A stretch of 64,000 bases of DNA from Verrucomicrobiia bacterium (GTDB lineage Bacteria; Verrucomicrobiota; Verrucomicrobiia; Limisphaerales; CAIMTB01), in NCBI GenBank assembly GCA_019634625.1, contig JAHCBA010000005.1, positions 136,950 to 200,949 on the forward strand, given 5' to 3'. A model generated the notes under the pieces. That model saw nothing but the letters and a program-made list of their open reading frames with translations, had not been told where the DNA came from and made no database searches. Position 1 is the first letter of the stretch, and each line of letters opens with the position of its first letter. Shown one piece after another: positions 23,858 to 33,227 of this stretch. The translations under genes and the position numbers were made by a program.

Positions 23858-25366
23858 GTGACCGGTCGAAGACAGCGCGGATGGTGGCGGCTGCCGAGGT
23901 TGGCCGGTTCCCTGGCGTGCGGGATCGGAATTCTGGCGGTGCGTGCCGCCCACGGGGCGGCGGGCGCTGAGGATGGGGGACTGCGGGCACCCTTGGGCCC
24001 GCGCCAGGAGTGGGTGGAGTTGGGCTGGACCATGGCACCCGGAGCCGTCGCGACGGGGCTCGCGGGGTGGGTGGCCCTGCTCCTGTGGCGCCTGCGGCAG
24101 CGACGACGCGAGGCATCGGAACTGGAGGCGCGGATCGCGGCGCGCACGGCGGAACTGGAAGGCACCAACGCCAGCCTGCGCCGGGAGGTGGCGGAGCGGG
24201 CCCGGGTGGAGGCCGATCTGCGGGAAGGACGCGAGGCCCTGCGCGCCTCCCAGCAACGGTTCCTGAGCGCCTTTTCGAGCAGCCCCGCGGTCATGACGCT
24301 GGCGCGCCTGCGCGACGGAGCGCTGTTCGAGGTGAACGAAGCGTTCCTGTCGGTGACGGGGTTCGCCCGGGACGAAGTGCTGGGACGTTCCACGGTGGAC
24401 CTGGGCATCTGGGTGAATCCGGCCGACCGGGAGGCGGTGTTTCGCGACGTGGGGGAGGACGGTCATGTGCGGGGCCGTGAGGTGGGCATCCGGCTGCGCG
24501 ACGGACGGGAGCGGACGTTTCTCCTGGCGGCGGAACTCGTCGAGATCGACGGGGAACCGAGCATTCTCTCGGCAAGCCTGGACGTGACCGAGCGGCGGGC
24601 CGTCGAGGAACAGTTGCGTCGGGCCCTGGCCCACGAGCGCGAACTGGGCGAGCTGAAAAGCAACTTTGTCTCCCTGGTCTCCCACGAATTCCGCACGCCG
24701 CTCGAAGTCATCCTCTCCTCCGCGGAGATCCTGGAACGGTACCACGACCGGCTTGAGCCCGGCCGACGGGCCGGTCAGGTCGCGGCGATCCGGAAGGCGG
24801 TGCGTCGCATGGCGGAGATGATGGACGAGGTGCTGCTGCTCGGCCGCTTCGAGGCGGGCCGGGTGGAACTGACCCGTACGCCGCTCGATCTGCGGGCGTT
24901 TCAGGGCCGGATGGGGGATGAGGTGCGGGCGGCAACAGGGGGTGACGTGACGTGGGAATTCCATGCGGACGGCGACCTCGAGGGGGCCACGGGGGACGAG
25001 TCCCTGCTGGGTCATGTGTTCACCAACCTGCTCTCGAACGCCGTGAAGTATTCCCCGCCCGGTGTGCCGGTGGGATTCGGCATCCGGCGGGAGGGACGGG
25101 ACGCGGTGTTCGAAGTGTCGGACCGGGGATGCGGCATCCCGGAGTCCGACCAGGCTCGGCTCTTCCAATCCTTTCGCCGCGGCAGCAATGTCGGGAGCCG
25201 CTCGGGAACGGGGCTCGGCCTGGTGATCGTGAAACGGTGCGTGGAGCGGCACGGTGGAACCGTGGCGTTCACCAGTTCGGTGGGGGCCGGCACCACGTTC
25301 ACGGTGCGGTTGCCGCTGTTCGAGGCGACCGGGCGGACCGGATCGGACGAGCCGGGAGACGGGTGA
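23858..25366 (+). CDS. Sensor histidine kinase (TM, coiled coil, PAS, HisKA, HATPase_c)
   Basis: H-box SHEFRTPL, N-box LLSNAVKYS, G-boxes DRGCGIP and GTGLGLVIV. A PAS-like segment is present (FSSSPAVMTLARLRDGALFEVNEAFLSVTGFARDEVLG). GTG start as in the track. Confidence 0.85.
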   Translation: MTGRRQRGWWRLPRLAGSLACGIGILAVRAAHGAAGAEDGGLRAPLGPRQEWVELGWTMAPGAVATGLAGWVALLLWRLRQRRREASELEARIAARTAELEGTNASLRREVAERARVEADLREGREALRASQQRFLSAFSSSPAVMTLARLRDGALFEVNEAFLSVTGFARDEVLGRSTVDLGIWVNPADREAVFRDVGEDGHVRGREVGIRLRDGRERTFLLAAELVEIDGEPSILSASLDVTERRAVEEQLRRALAHERELGELKSNFVSLVSHEFRTPLEVILSSAEILERYHDRLEPGRRAGQVAAIRKAVRRMAEMMDEVLLLGRFEAGRVELTRTPLDLRAFQGRMGDEVRAATGGDVTWEFHADGDLEGATGDESLLGHVFTNLLSNAVKYSPPGVPVGFGIRREGRDAVFEVSDRGCGIPESDQARLFQSFRRGSNVGSRSGTGLGLVIVKRCVERHGGTVAFTSSVGAGTTFTVRLPLFEATGRTGSDEPGDG

Positions 25367-25376
25367 ACCGGACCCT

Positions 25377-26057
25377 ATGACCACCATACTGATCATCGAG
25401 GACGACGCCCAGACGCGGGAGAATCTGCGGACCATCCTGGAGATGGAAGGGTACCGGGCCGTCACCGCGGTGGACGGAGCGGAGGGATTGGAACGGGTGC
25501 GACAGGAGAAGCCGTCGGTGATCCTGTGCGATGTGATGATGCCGGAGGTGGACGGCCATGAGGTGCTGCGGACCCTCCGCCGGGAAAAGGGGACCGCCGG
25601 AATCCCGGTGATCTTCCTCACCGCCCGCGGCGAGCGGAAGGACCAGCGGCTCGGAATGGAACTGGGAGCGGACGATTACCTCGTCAAGCCGGCGGCCGTG
25701 GACGAGGTCCTGCGGGCGGTGCGCGCCCGACTGGAACGGGAGGCGGCCCGCTCGGAAGCCGCGGGCGAACCTGGGGGGTTTCATCCGGATTTCAGTTCCC
25801 CGCTGCCGCTGGAACAGGCGTTCGGCCTGACCCCGCGCGAGGCGGAGGTCCTGCTCTGGGTGGCGCAGGGGAAGAGCAACCCGGAGGTGGGCGGCATCCT
25901 CGGCATGGCGGAAAAGACGGTGAAGGTCCACCTCGGCCACATCTTCAACAAGCTGGGCACCGAAAACCGGAATGCCGCGACGTTGCGGGCCCTCGATGTG
26001 CTGTGCCGCCCTACATCGGCCAGACCACCAGAATCAGGGGAATCGCCACCCCCATGA
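25377..26057 (+). CDS. Response regulator with a LuxR/FixJ-type HTH output
   Basis: Starts MTTILIIEDD (ATG at 25377, in the frame of ORF 25254..26057). Receiver Asp context ILCDVMMPEVDG. HTH: LTPREAEVLLWVAQGKSNPEVGGILGMAEKTVKVHLGHIFNKLG. Confidence 0.85.
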   Translation: MTTILIIEDDAQTRENLRTILEMEGYRAVTAVDGAEGLERVRQEKPSVILCDVMMPEVDGHEVLRTLRREKGTAGIPVIFLTARGERKDQRLGMELGADDYLVKPAAVDEVLRAVRARLEREAARSEAAGEPGGFHPDFSSPLPLEQAFGLTPREAEVLLWVAQGKSNPEVGGILGMAEKTVKVHLGHIFNKLGTENRNAATLRALDVLCRPTSARPPESGESPPP

Positions 26058-27801
26058 CCACGAAAGTGAGCGGAAGCCCCACCCGCCAGTAGTCGCCAAA
26101 CCGGTAGCCACCGGGCCCCATGACCAGCGTGTTCGACTGGTGCCCGATCGGAGTAAGGAACGAACATGAGGCCGCCACCGCGACGGCCATCAGGAACGGG
26201 TCGGGGGACGCCGAGAAGCCGTCGGCGAGACGCATGGCGATGGGGGCCATGAGGACGGCCGCCGCGGCGTTGTTGATGACGTCGGAGAGCGCCTGGGTGA
26301 TGGTGAACAGGAGAATCAGCGCCACAAAGGGGGGCCACGCGCCACTGGCCGACATCAGACCCTGGGCGATCATCCGTGCTCCACCTGTGGCTTCGAGGGC
26401 TTCGCCCACCGGGATCAGGGCGCCCAGCAGAACGATGATGGGCCAGTCGATGCCATCGTACACCTCGCGCAGGGGCAGAATGCCGGTGAGGACAAAGGCA
26501 ACGGCGGCGAAGGTGAGGGCGATGGCCGACGGCAGCCAGCCAAGGAGCATGGCAACGACCGCGGCGGCGAAGAGGGCGACGGAAAGGAGGAGGCGCCGGG
26601 GTTTGCCGAGTCCCAGGTCGCGGCTGGCCAGGGGCAGGCAGCCGAGAGCCGACAGGCTTTCCGCCAGTCCATCGTCATCGCCCTGCAGCAGGAGAACGTC
26701 ACCGGCATGGAACCGGACCTGGTTCAGTCGCTGCCGGAGCCGCCCGCCGTCGCGGGCGACGGCGAGGAGGTGAAGGCCGTGCCGTTCGTGAAGCCGGAGC
26801 TGGGCCACCGTGCGATTCACGATCGGAGCGTCGGATCGGACGACCGCCTCGACGATCTTGAGGTCGGCCGCGGAGGCGAGTTGCTCTGCCACCTTGCCGC
26901 CGCCGGCGAGTTGGAATCCGCTCTTCTCCTGGAGCGTGCGGAGTTCCTCGGGCTCCGCCTCGACGAGGAGGACGTCCTCCGGACGGAGGATGCCGTGAAA
27001 GGCGTGCCCGGGAATGCGGCGGGAGCCGCGGATGACGGCGACCACGGGCACGGCGTCCTCGCAGGCGTCCTGCAGCTCGCGGAGGGTCCAGCCGGCACCC
27101 TTCGCTTCGGCGACAACCTGGAGTTCACTGAGGTAATCGGCAGTCTCGAACAGTTCGTCCTGCGAGGCCTGTCCCTTGCGGAGCGGGGTGAGACGCCAGC
27201 CGAGGAAGACGAGGAAGGCGACCCCGGCAAGAGCGACACCGCCGCCGACGGGAAGGAATGAGAACAGGCCGAAGCTTTCGCCGACGCGGTCGGCACGGAA
27301 GTTCGAGACGATGATGTTCGGGGGGGTGCCGATCAGGGTGGACAGGCCCCCGAGGAGAGAGCCGAAGGCCAGGGGCATCAGCAGCCGGGAAGGCGGAGTC
27401 CGATGTTCGCGGGCGATACGCATGGCCACGGGAAGCAGCAGGGCCAGGGCCCCCACGTTGTTCATGAAGGCCGACATCACCGCCACGGTCCCCACCAGGG
27501 CGAGAAGCTGCCAGGTGATCGCGTCGCCAACCTTGAGAAGCCGGCCGGTCATCCAGTCCACCAGGCCGGACCGCTGAAAACCGCGGGAGAGAACGAGAAC
27601 GGCGGCCACGGTAATGACGGCCGGGTGGCCGAAGCCGAGGAAGGCCTCGGTGGGTTCGACCACGCCGACCAGCACCGCCGCGATCAGGGCCAGCAAGGCC
27701 ACGAGGTCATAGCGCAGCCGACCCCAGACGAAGGCGGCAAGGGTCAGACCGAGGAGGGTAAACACCAGATGCGCATCGGACATCGCGGCCTCCTTTGGCA
27801 A
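26011..27801 (-). CDS. SLC13/DASS-family permease with a central TrkA-C-like domain pair
   Basis: 596 aa with multi-pass N- and C-terminal halves separated by a soluble roughly 200-aa insert (LRELQDACEDAVPVVAVIRGSRRIPG...; LRLHERHGLHLLAVARDG...). The start may be MSDAHLV at 27783. Confidence 0.75.
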   Translation of the reverse strand: MPKEAAMSDAHLVFTLLGLTLAAFVWGRLRYDLVALLALIAAVLVGVVEPTEAFLGFGHPAVITVAAVLVLSRGFQRSGLVDWMTGRLLKVGDAITWQLLALVGTVAVMSAFMNNVGALALLLPVAMRIAREHRTPPSRLLMPLAFGSLLGGLSTLIGTPPNIIVSNFRADRVGESFGLFSFLPVGGGVALAGVAFLVFLGWRLTPLRKGQASQDELFETADYLSELQVVAEAKGAGWTLRELQDACEDAVPVVAVIRGSRRIPGHAFHGILRPEDVLLVEAEPEELRTLQEKSGFQLAGGGKVAEQLASAADLKIVEAVVRSDAPIVNRTVAQLRLHERHGLHLLAVARDGGRLRQRLNQVRFHAGDVLLLQGDDDGLAESLSALGCLPLASRDLGLGKPRRLLLSVALFAAAVVAMLLGWLPSAIALTFAAVAFVLTGILPLREVYDGIDWPIIVLLGALIPVGEALEATGGARMIAQGLMSASGAWPPFVALILLFTITQALSDVINNAAAAVLMAPIAMRLADGFSASPDPFLMAVAVAASCSFLTPIGHQSNTLVMGPGGYRFGDYWRVGLPLTFVVMGVAIPLILVVWPM

Positions 27802-27845
27802 AAAAACGGACCGGAGTCACCTCCGGCCCGTCGTGAACTCCAAAA

Positions 27846-29948
27846 TCAGCGCTCCTGCCGCCCTGGGCTCACGGACTGCTGATCCGGATGGACCAGGCGG
27901 CGTCCGAGGCAGCGGGAACCGCCCAGGCGTCGTCGCCGATGCCGCGGCTGCCGTATCTCGTACAGGCGGTCCGGTCGGACCCCTTCGAGGATCCGATGCC
28001 GGCCGTCCCGCCAGCGAACCGTCAGCTTCATCGGGCCCGGGTTCGGCCCGGTGGCGAAGACCAGCAGCGGTTGACCCCCGGACAAATACCGGCCCCCGCT
28101 GACCGCTTCCCGGGACTGAACCGGACCGGCACCGCCCTGCAGCGTGACGACGGCGCCGATGCCCTCCGTGTTGGGCGGCAGGCCAATGAGGCGAACGGCG
28201 AGCCGGGGCAGGGCCGCCTCGTTCCGGTACACGGCCACCGGACCGTCAAGCGCGTTGATGACCAGGTCGAGATCTCCGTCCCCGTCGAAATCGGCCGCCG
28301 CGAATCCCTGATGGACCCCCGGAATCCGGAATCCCCAGTCGGCCGAGACATCTTCAAACCGCAGCGGAGCCGTCTGTCGGAAGGCAACCATCGGCGTGGC
28401 CAATGACGGATAGAGCCGGTTGTGGTCCCGGAGATCCTGCTGGAACCGGCGCAACCGGGCCTCCGCGTCAAGACCCGGCGGCCACGGCCGTTGGAGGGAT
28501 CGTACCCGGGCCGTGGCATCCAGATCCTGGATGTCCCGCCGATGTCCGGTCGAGATGATGACATCATCAAACCCGTCGAGGTCCACATCGAGGAAGAGCG
28601 GTTGCCAGGACCAGTCGGAGGCGGCGAGTCCGGCGAAGTCGGCGATCTCCGCAAACGTGCCGTTGCCCCGGTTCAGGAAAAGGGTGTTGCGCATCACCTG
28701 GGGACGGTCGAGGAAGGTGCCCGGCAGGCGGCCCTGGGGCGTTTGGGCGAGGGCCTGACGACGACGCAGCGCCGGGTCGCGGGCAAGCATGTCGAGAACG
28801 AGGAAATCCACCTCGCCGTCCCCGTCGAGGTCGGCAAAGTCCACCCCCATCGAATTCTCGCTGGTGTGGCGCAGCGCATCGAGGGGAGCGGCCCGAAACC
28901 GGCCCTGGCCCGCGTTGATCCAGAACCGGTCGGGCGTCCAGTAGTCGTTGCAAACGTAGAGGTCAGGGAGCCCGTCGCCGTTGACGTCGCGGAAGGACGC
29001 GGCGAGCCCCCAGTCGCGCGGCGGACCCGCGAGGGGTTGTCCCGCCTCGTCCAGGAAGGCCCCTCCGGTCCACGAAACGGCCCGAAACCGCCCGGTGCCG
29101 TCATTCAGCAGCAGCACGTCGGGCTCGCCGTACTCGAGGAGCCCGCGGGGCCCGATGAAGAGCCGGTCGCGATACTTCGGATGCAGGACCGTGCGCCCCC
29201 CCACGACGCGGGCCTCGACATTGGGATCGTCCCGCACGTCCTCGGCCCGGTAGCGAACGACGTAGAGATCCAGGGTGCCGTCGCCATCCACGTCGGCCAG
29301 GGCCAGGGTGGTGGTCCCGGGCCAGATCGCGGGAAAGGCTTCACGGGTGGTCTCGCGAAAGCGCCCGTCGCCACAGTTCATGAAGCAACGGAGCCCATTG
29401 GCCAGGGTGGCAACCAGGAGATCGAGGTGGCCATCGCCGTCGAGGTCGGCAAAGACCGCCCCTCGGACCGCCTCGCCGGCGAGGCCCAGGCCGGATTCGT
29501 CCGTAACCTCCCGGAACCGCCAGTCCCCAAGGTTTCGATACAAGGCGCTCCCTCCCGACAGACTGGCCAGGAACACGTCCGGCCTGCCGTCGCCATCATA
29601 ATCCCCCGCCGCCACCCCGGCGCCGTTCTCCAGAACCCGTCGGACCGCCCCGTCTGCCTCGTCCAGACGGTGGACAAAGCGGATTCCGGTACGGTCGGCG
29701 GAGAGTCGGGTGAACCCGACCCGGGCCGGGTCTGCATTCCGGCCGGCGAGGGGCCGGAGGCGGAACCCGTCGCCTTCGGTCCATTCGCCGCCCGCGACAA
29801 CCCCAAGGGCAGGAGCGCAGGGCAGGGCAAAGCCAAAACCTAAGGCCAGGGCGCGAACGGCGGCATGCATCGCGGGACGGGGTTGTTCGGGGAAGTGAAG
29901 CGATGTGGCGGGCGGCAGGGAAGTCCCCGAATTCTTCGGGTATTGCAT
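27846..29948 (-). CDS. FG-GAP/VCBS-repeat protein with an ASPIC/UnbV-like C-terminus (CRTAC1 family)
   Basis: Repeated DxDGDGxxD calcium-binding-like motifs (DYDGDGRPDVF, DLDGDGHLDLL, DVDGDGTLDLY, DLDGDGEVDFL, DFDGDGDLDLV). C-terminal GIGAVVTLQGG...SGGRYLSG. The probable true start is MHAAVRALALGFGFALPCAPALG at 29870. Confidence 0.8.
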   Translation of the reverse strand: MQYPKNSGTSLPPATSLHFPEQPRPAMHAAVRALALGFGFALPCAPALGVVAGGEWTEGDGFRLRPLAGRNADPARVGFTRLSADRTGIRFVHRLDEADGAVRRVLENGAGVAAGDYDGDGRPDVFLASLSGGSALYRNLGDWRFREVTDESGLGLAGEAVRGAVFADLDGDGHLDLLVATLANGLRCFMNCGDGRFRETTREAFPAIWPGTTTLALADVDGDGTLDLYVVRYRAEDVRDDPNVEARVVGGRTVLHPKYRDRLFIGPRGLLEYGEPDVLLLNDGTGRFRAVSWTGGAFLDEAGQPLAGPPRDWGLAASFRDVNGDGLPDLYVCNDYWTPDRFWINAGQGRFRAAPLDALRHTSENSMGVDFADLDGDGEVDFLVLDMLARDPALRRRQALAQTPQGRLPGTFLDRPQVMRNTLFLNRGNGTFAEIADFAGLAASDWSWQPLFLDVDLDGFDDVIISTGHRRDIQDLDATARVRSLQRPWPPGLDAEARLRRFQQDLRDHNRLYPSLATPMVAFRQTAPLRFEDVSADWGFRIPGVHQGFAAADFDGDGDLDLVINALDGPVAVYRNEAALPRLAVRLIGLPPNTEGIGAVVTLQGGAGPVQSREAVSGGRYLSGGQPLLVFATGPNPGPMKLTVRWRDGRHRILEGVRPDRLYEIRQPRHRRRRLGGSRCLGRRLVHPDQQSVSPGRQER

Positions 29949-29961
29949 TCTAGTATATTAA

Positions 29962-30109
29962 GTCGGGCATTATGTTGTGGACGCCACATTCCTGCCCGGT
30001 ACCCCCCATGAATCCGATCGAGCCGCCATGGACGCCCTGATCGCAGATCGTCAACCCAATCTTGCCGGGCGTATTAGATGCAACCCGGTCAACAGTCATT
30101 TGCCAGTCC
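29962..30109. repeat. Two convergent copies of the 21-bp dyad motif in the AT-rich CRTAC1/parB divergent region
   Basis: 29962-29982 GTCGGGCATTATGTTGTGGAC (plus orientation). 30087-30109 GGTCAACAGTCATTTGCCAGTCC, which is the reverse complement of GGACTGGCAAATGACTGTTGACC. Both have adjacent TATTA-type A/T patches. Confidence 0.6.
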
Positions 30110-30349
30110 TATTATTTTATATTGTTGTAGCAATCGGTTGATCGCTCTCCTCTCCTGGACCGGTTGTCCCCGCGATAGTGTCTCCCAACCCGCCAGCAGT
30201 CCGTCGAACTGAGCCTGCAGCGGAAGCGTACAAAACCTCTGGGCCCCAGAAGCCCTTATCCCTCCTCAAGCCAAATCGTTCGATAGGGATCCGGGGAAAG
30301 TCCGGCTGGTTTGACTTGGGGGGGAAGGTTCGGGAGAGTCCGCGCTTCG

Positions 30350-31414
30350 ATGTCCAAACCGGCGCTAGGTCGTGGGTTGTCAGCGTTGCTGGGCGGCAGA
30401 ACGCCCGGCGGGGCCTCGACGGAGTCCGCGCCGGCCGCGTCAGGGCCGCCGGCGGCGCCCAATGCGGCGCCCAATTCGGCGCCTGATGCGACGCCAAGTG
30501 TTGCGCCCCCGCCGATCGGGCCGTCCGGGACCTCCGCCCCCTCCGCGGTCTCGAGGGTGCCGGGAGAAGGCGGGGTGGAGCGGGTGCCGGTCGGGCGGAT
30601 CCGTCCGTCCGCCCTGCAGCCGCGGCGCGATTTTCCGGAGCAGAGCCTGCAGGAACTGACGGATTCGATCCGGGAACAGGGAATCCTTCAGCCTCTAGTG
30701 GTACGGCAACAGGGCGAGTTCCTCGAACTGATCGCAGGAGAACGGCGCTGGCGGGCCGCCCAGCGGGCCGGGATGGCCGAGGTGCCCGTCATCGTGCGGG
30801 AGGCGGACGACACCACGGCACTCGAATGGATGCTGGTGGAGAACCTCCAAAGGGAGGGGTTGAACCCGATGGAGGAGGCCCAGGGGTACGGGGAATTGAT
30901 GGAACGATTCGACCTCACCCAGGAGGCCGTCGCCACCCGGGTCGGGCGAAGCCGTGCGTCGGTGGCCAACGCGCTGCGCCTCCTCAAGCTGCCGGGCGAC
31001 GTTCAGGGCTGGCTGCGGGCAGGCCGCCTTACCGCCGGCCATGCCAAGGCCATCCTTGCACTGCCCCCCGGCGAACCTCAAACCCGCGCCGCCCGACGGG
31101 TGCTCGACGACGGTCTTAGCGTTCGCCAGGTGGAGGAACTCGTCGCCCTGTGGACGGCGAAGCCGGAGTCCGCGCCCTCCGGACCCGCCGCGGCACCCGC
31201 GTCGTCCGGGGCGGGAGGCGGACGGGATCCGCATGTGGCGGCGATGGAGGACCAGTTGCGGCAGCGCCTGGGAACGCGGGTGAACCTGCGGTACCGCCAG
31301 GGGCGCGGGCAGATCGACATCCGGTTCGCCAACGACGCCGATCTCGAACGGGTCCTCGAGGTCATGGGCATCCGCATGGAGGAATCCGACCCTCCGGGAA
31401 ACGGAGCGGTTTAG
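30350..31414 (+). CDS. parB: Chromosome-partitioning protein ParB/Spo0J
   Basis: Starts MSKPALGRGLSALLGG (ATG at 30350, in the frame of ORF 30311..31414). ParB box LIAGERRWRAAQRAG. HTH: LTQEAVATRVGRSRASVANALRLLKL. Confidence 0.9.
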   Translation: MSKPALGRGLSALLGGRTPGGASTESAPAASGPPAAPNAAPNSAPDATPSVAPPPIGPSGTSAPSAVSRVPGEGGVERVPVGRIRPSALQPRRDFPEQSLQELTDSIREQGILQPLVVRQQGEFLELIAGERRWRAAQRAGMAEVPVIVREADDTTALEWMLVENLQREGLNPMEEAQGYGELMERFDLTQEAVATRVGRSRASVANALRLLKLPGDVQGWLRAGRLTAGHAKAILALPPGEPQTRAARRVLDDGLSVRQVEELVALWTAKPESAPSGPAAAPASSGAGGGRDPHVAAMEDQLRQRLGTRVNLRYRQGRGQIDIRFANDADLERVLEVMGIRMEESDPPGNGAV

Positions 31415-31454
31415 GGAAGCCGGGGTGGCCCGGCCAAGGAAACGAAGCGAATTC

Positions 31455-32576
31455 ATGAACACAACAGCATTGCGCAGCGCCTGCGCCGACGCCCTCGAAG
31501 CCGCGTCCGGCCGGGTGCCGGAACTGACGGCATTCCTCGGCCTCGACGGGTTCGTGGACGAAATCATCGCGGTGGTGGACGAGCGGCGAAACTCGGAGGA
31601 CTACTCGCGAATACCCACCATCTCGGCGCTGGCCGAACGGATCGGCGCCGCCGCCGGTCGCAGCACCAACATCGAACTGGTCACCACCCGCACGAAACTG
31701 GGCGGCAACGGACCCATCATGGCCAATGCCCTGGCCGCCTTTGGCGTCCGCGTCACCTATCTCGGCGCCCTGGGTCATCCGACGCTCCATCCGGTCTTCG
31801 AGGAACTGGCGACGCGGGCCGAGGTCCACAGCATCGCCGATCCGGGACGTACCGACGCGCTCGAGTTCGAGGATGGAAAACTGCTGCTTGGCAAGATGTT
31901 TCCCTTGGCGGAAGTGACCTGGGAGGCCATCGAGGAACAGGGCAAGCGGGAGCTGGTCGAACACCACATGGGAAGCACGTCGCTCGTGGGGTTCGTGAAC
32001 TGGACCATGCTGCCGTACATGAGCGACATCTGGGAGGCAATGCAGCGGGAGATCTGCCCGAAGCTGACAGGACCGCGCCGCTCGATGTTTTTCGACCTGG
32101 CGGATCCCGAGAAGCGCCCGTTGAGCGAGCGGAAGCGGGCCCTCGAATTGATCGTCGGGTTCCAGAAGCATTTCGACTGCATCCTCGGCCTCAACGAGAA
32201 GGAGGCCTTCGAGGTGGGGGAGGTGTTGGGGTTGTCCGGTTTTCACCAGGGCCGGACGGATCTTCAGGCCTTGACGGCGGCCATCCGGCGCGAAGTTCCG
32301 GTGGATACCGTGGTCGTGCATCCGACCCGGCACGCCCTCGCCACCAGCGGCGCCGGAGTGGACGATGTGGACGGCCCATTTGTGGCCAAACCCCTGATCA
32401 CCACCGGGGCGGGCGACCATTTCAATTCCGGGTTCGTGCTCGGGAAACTCCTCGGCCTGACCAACGGCCAGGCCCTGCTGTGCGGCGTGGGGACCAGTGG
32501 ATTCTATGTGCGGACGGGGCGCAGCCCGGCGGTGTCGGACCTGATCGGGCTCCTGCGGGACTGGCCGACGGCGTGA
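31455..32576 (+). CDS. PfkB-family carbohydrate kinase-like protein
   Basis: Starts MNTTALRS (ATG at 31455). It has the C-terminal PfkB signature TTGAGDHFNSGFVLG and the GGNGPIMANALA motif. Confidence 0.7.
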   Translation: MNTTALRSACADALEAASGRVPELTAFLGLDGFVDEIIAVVDERRNSEDYSRIPTISALAERIGAAAGRSTNIELVTTRTKLGGNGPIMANALAAFGVRVTYLGALGHPTLHPVFEELATRAEVHSIADPGRTDALEFEDGKLLLGKMFPLAEVTWEAIEEQGKRELVEHHMGSTSLVGFVNWTMLPYMSDIWEAMQREICPKLTGPRRSMFFDLADPEKRPLSERKRALELIVGFQKHFDCILGLNEKEAFEVGEVLGLSGFHQGRTDLQALTAAIRREVPVDTVVVHPTRHALATSGAGVDDVDGPFVAKPLITTGAGDHFNSGFVLGKLLGLTNGQALLCGVGTSGFYVRTGRSPAVSDLIGLLRDWPTA

Positions 32577-32592
32577 CCGGCGGGGCCCGCGG

Positions 32593-32774
32593 TTTCAGAC
32601 AGGCTCCCTGGCGGTGCACCCCGGGTGGTGGGTGAGGAGGCAGAGAATCGGAGGGACGGGCTCCGCGAGTCCCCAATCCATGGCACCCCTCCCCTGGGGC
32701 CTCATGGAACCCGGCCCTCCGGGGCCACGCTTCGCGAGGCTCGCACCTCTCTCCCCACAGCTCCTGAAGGCATC
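32593..32774 (+). mobile_element. MITE-like repeat, copy 3 (diverged, with the 5' extension TTTCAGACAGGCTC)
   Basis: GTGCACCCCGGGTGGTGGGTGAGGAGGCAGAGAATCGGAGGGACGGGCTCCGCGAGTCC...GGAACCCGGCCCTCCGG...CGCACCTCTCTCCCCACAGCTCC. The extension TTTCAGACAGGCTC recurs in reverse at the partial copy at 55838-55907. Confidence 0.7.
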
Positions 32775-32813
32775 GGTTTCCGACGCCGGCCCAATTTCCG
32801 GCTTGCCCTGAAG

Positions 32814-32831
32814 CGACTACCCGCGTAGTCG
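32814..32831. promoter_or_regulatory. Candidate BlaI-type operator dyad
   Basis: CGACTAC-CCGC-GTAGTCG is a perfect 7-bp inverted repeat. It lies 22 bp upstream of the blaI-like start codon. Confidence 0.35.
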
Positions 32832-32852
32832 GGTGGGAACACCACAGTCGTC

Positions 32853-33224
32853 ATGAAGAAGGTTCCGCGCATTTCAGAAACCGAGTGGCAGATCATGAAG
32901 ATCGTCTGGTCCCGTGGCCCGTGCACGGCCAACGAGATCCTCGAGGCGTTGAATTCCCGTGAGCCCTGGCATCCCAAGACGGCGCGGACGTTGATTGGCC
33001 GGCTGGTGAAGAAGCGGGCACTCACCTACAAGGAGGACGGCCGGGCCTACATTTACCGGGCGGGAATCAGCGAGGAGGATGCGGTGGCCCACTACAGCCG
33101 GTCGTTCCTGGAACGGGTGTTCGACGGGGCCCTGGCGCCCATGGTCGCCCACTTCGTTCAGCATGAGCGGCTCTCCCCCACCGATCTGAAGGAGCTGCGG
33201 GATGTGTTGACCGGCAGGGACTAG
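32853..33224 (+). CDS. blaI: BlaI/MecI/CopY-family transcriptional repressor
   Basis: 123 aa winged-helix protein: ISETEWQIMKIVWSRGPCTANEILEAL...WHPKTARTLIGRLVKKRAL. Confidence 0.85.
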   Translation: MKKVPRISETEWQIMKIVWSRGPCTANEILEALNSREPWHPKTARTLIGRLVKKRALTYKEDGRAYIYRAGISEEDAVAHYSRSFLERVFDGALAPMVAHFVQHERLSPTDLKELRDVLTGRD

Positions 33225-33227
33225 GCC

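Noticed and set aside
30293-30308. GGGGAAAGTCCGGCTGG, resembling the universally conserved GGAAAGTCCGGGC of RNase P RNA.
   Set aside because: It lies 40 nt upstream of parB, and any 350-400-nt RNA would run through the parB coding sequence. None of the other conserved RNase P regions were recognisable around it.
29949-30349. A chromosomal replication origin next to parB (AT-rich region, TGTGGA-containing repeats resembling DnaA boxes).
   Set aside because: There is no full TTATCCACA/TGTGGATAA box. The best matches are 6-7 of 9 and form part of the 21-bp dyad motif, which also occurs at unrelated loci. No dnaA, dnaN or gidA lies nearby, and no AT-rich 13-mer-like unwinding element was recognised.
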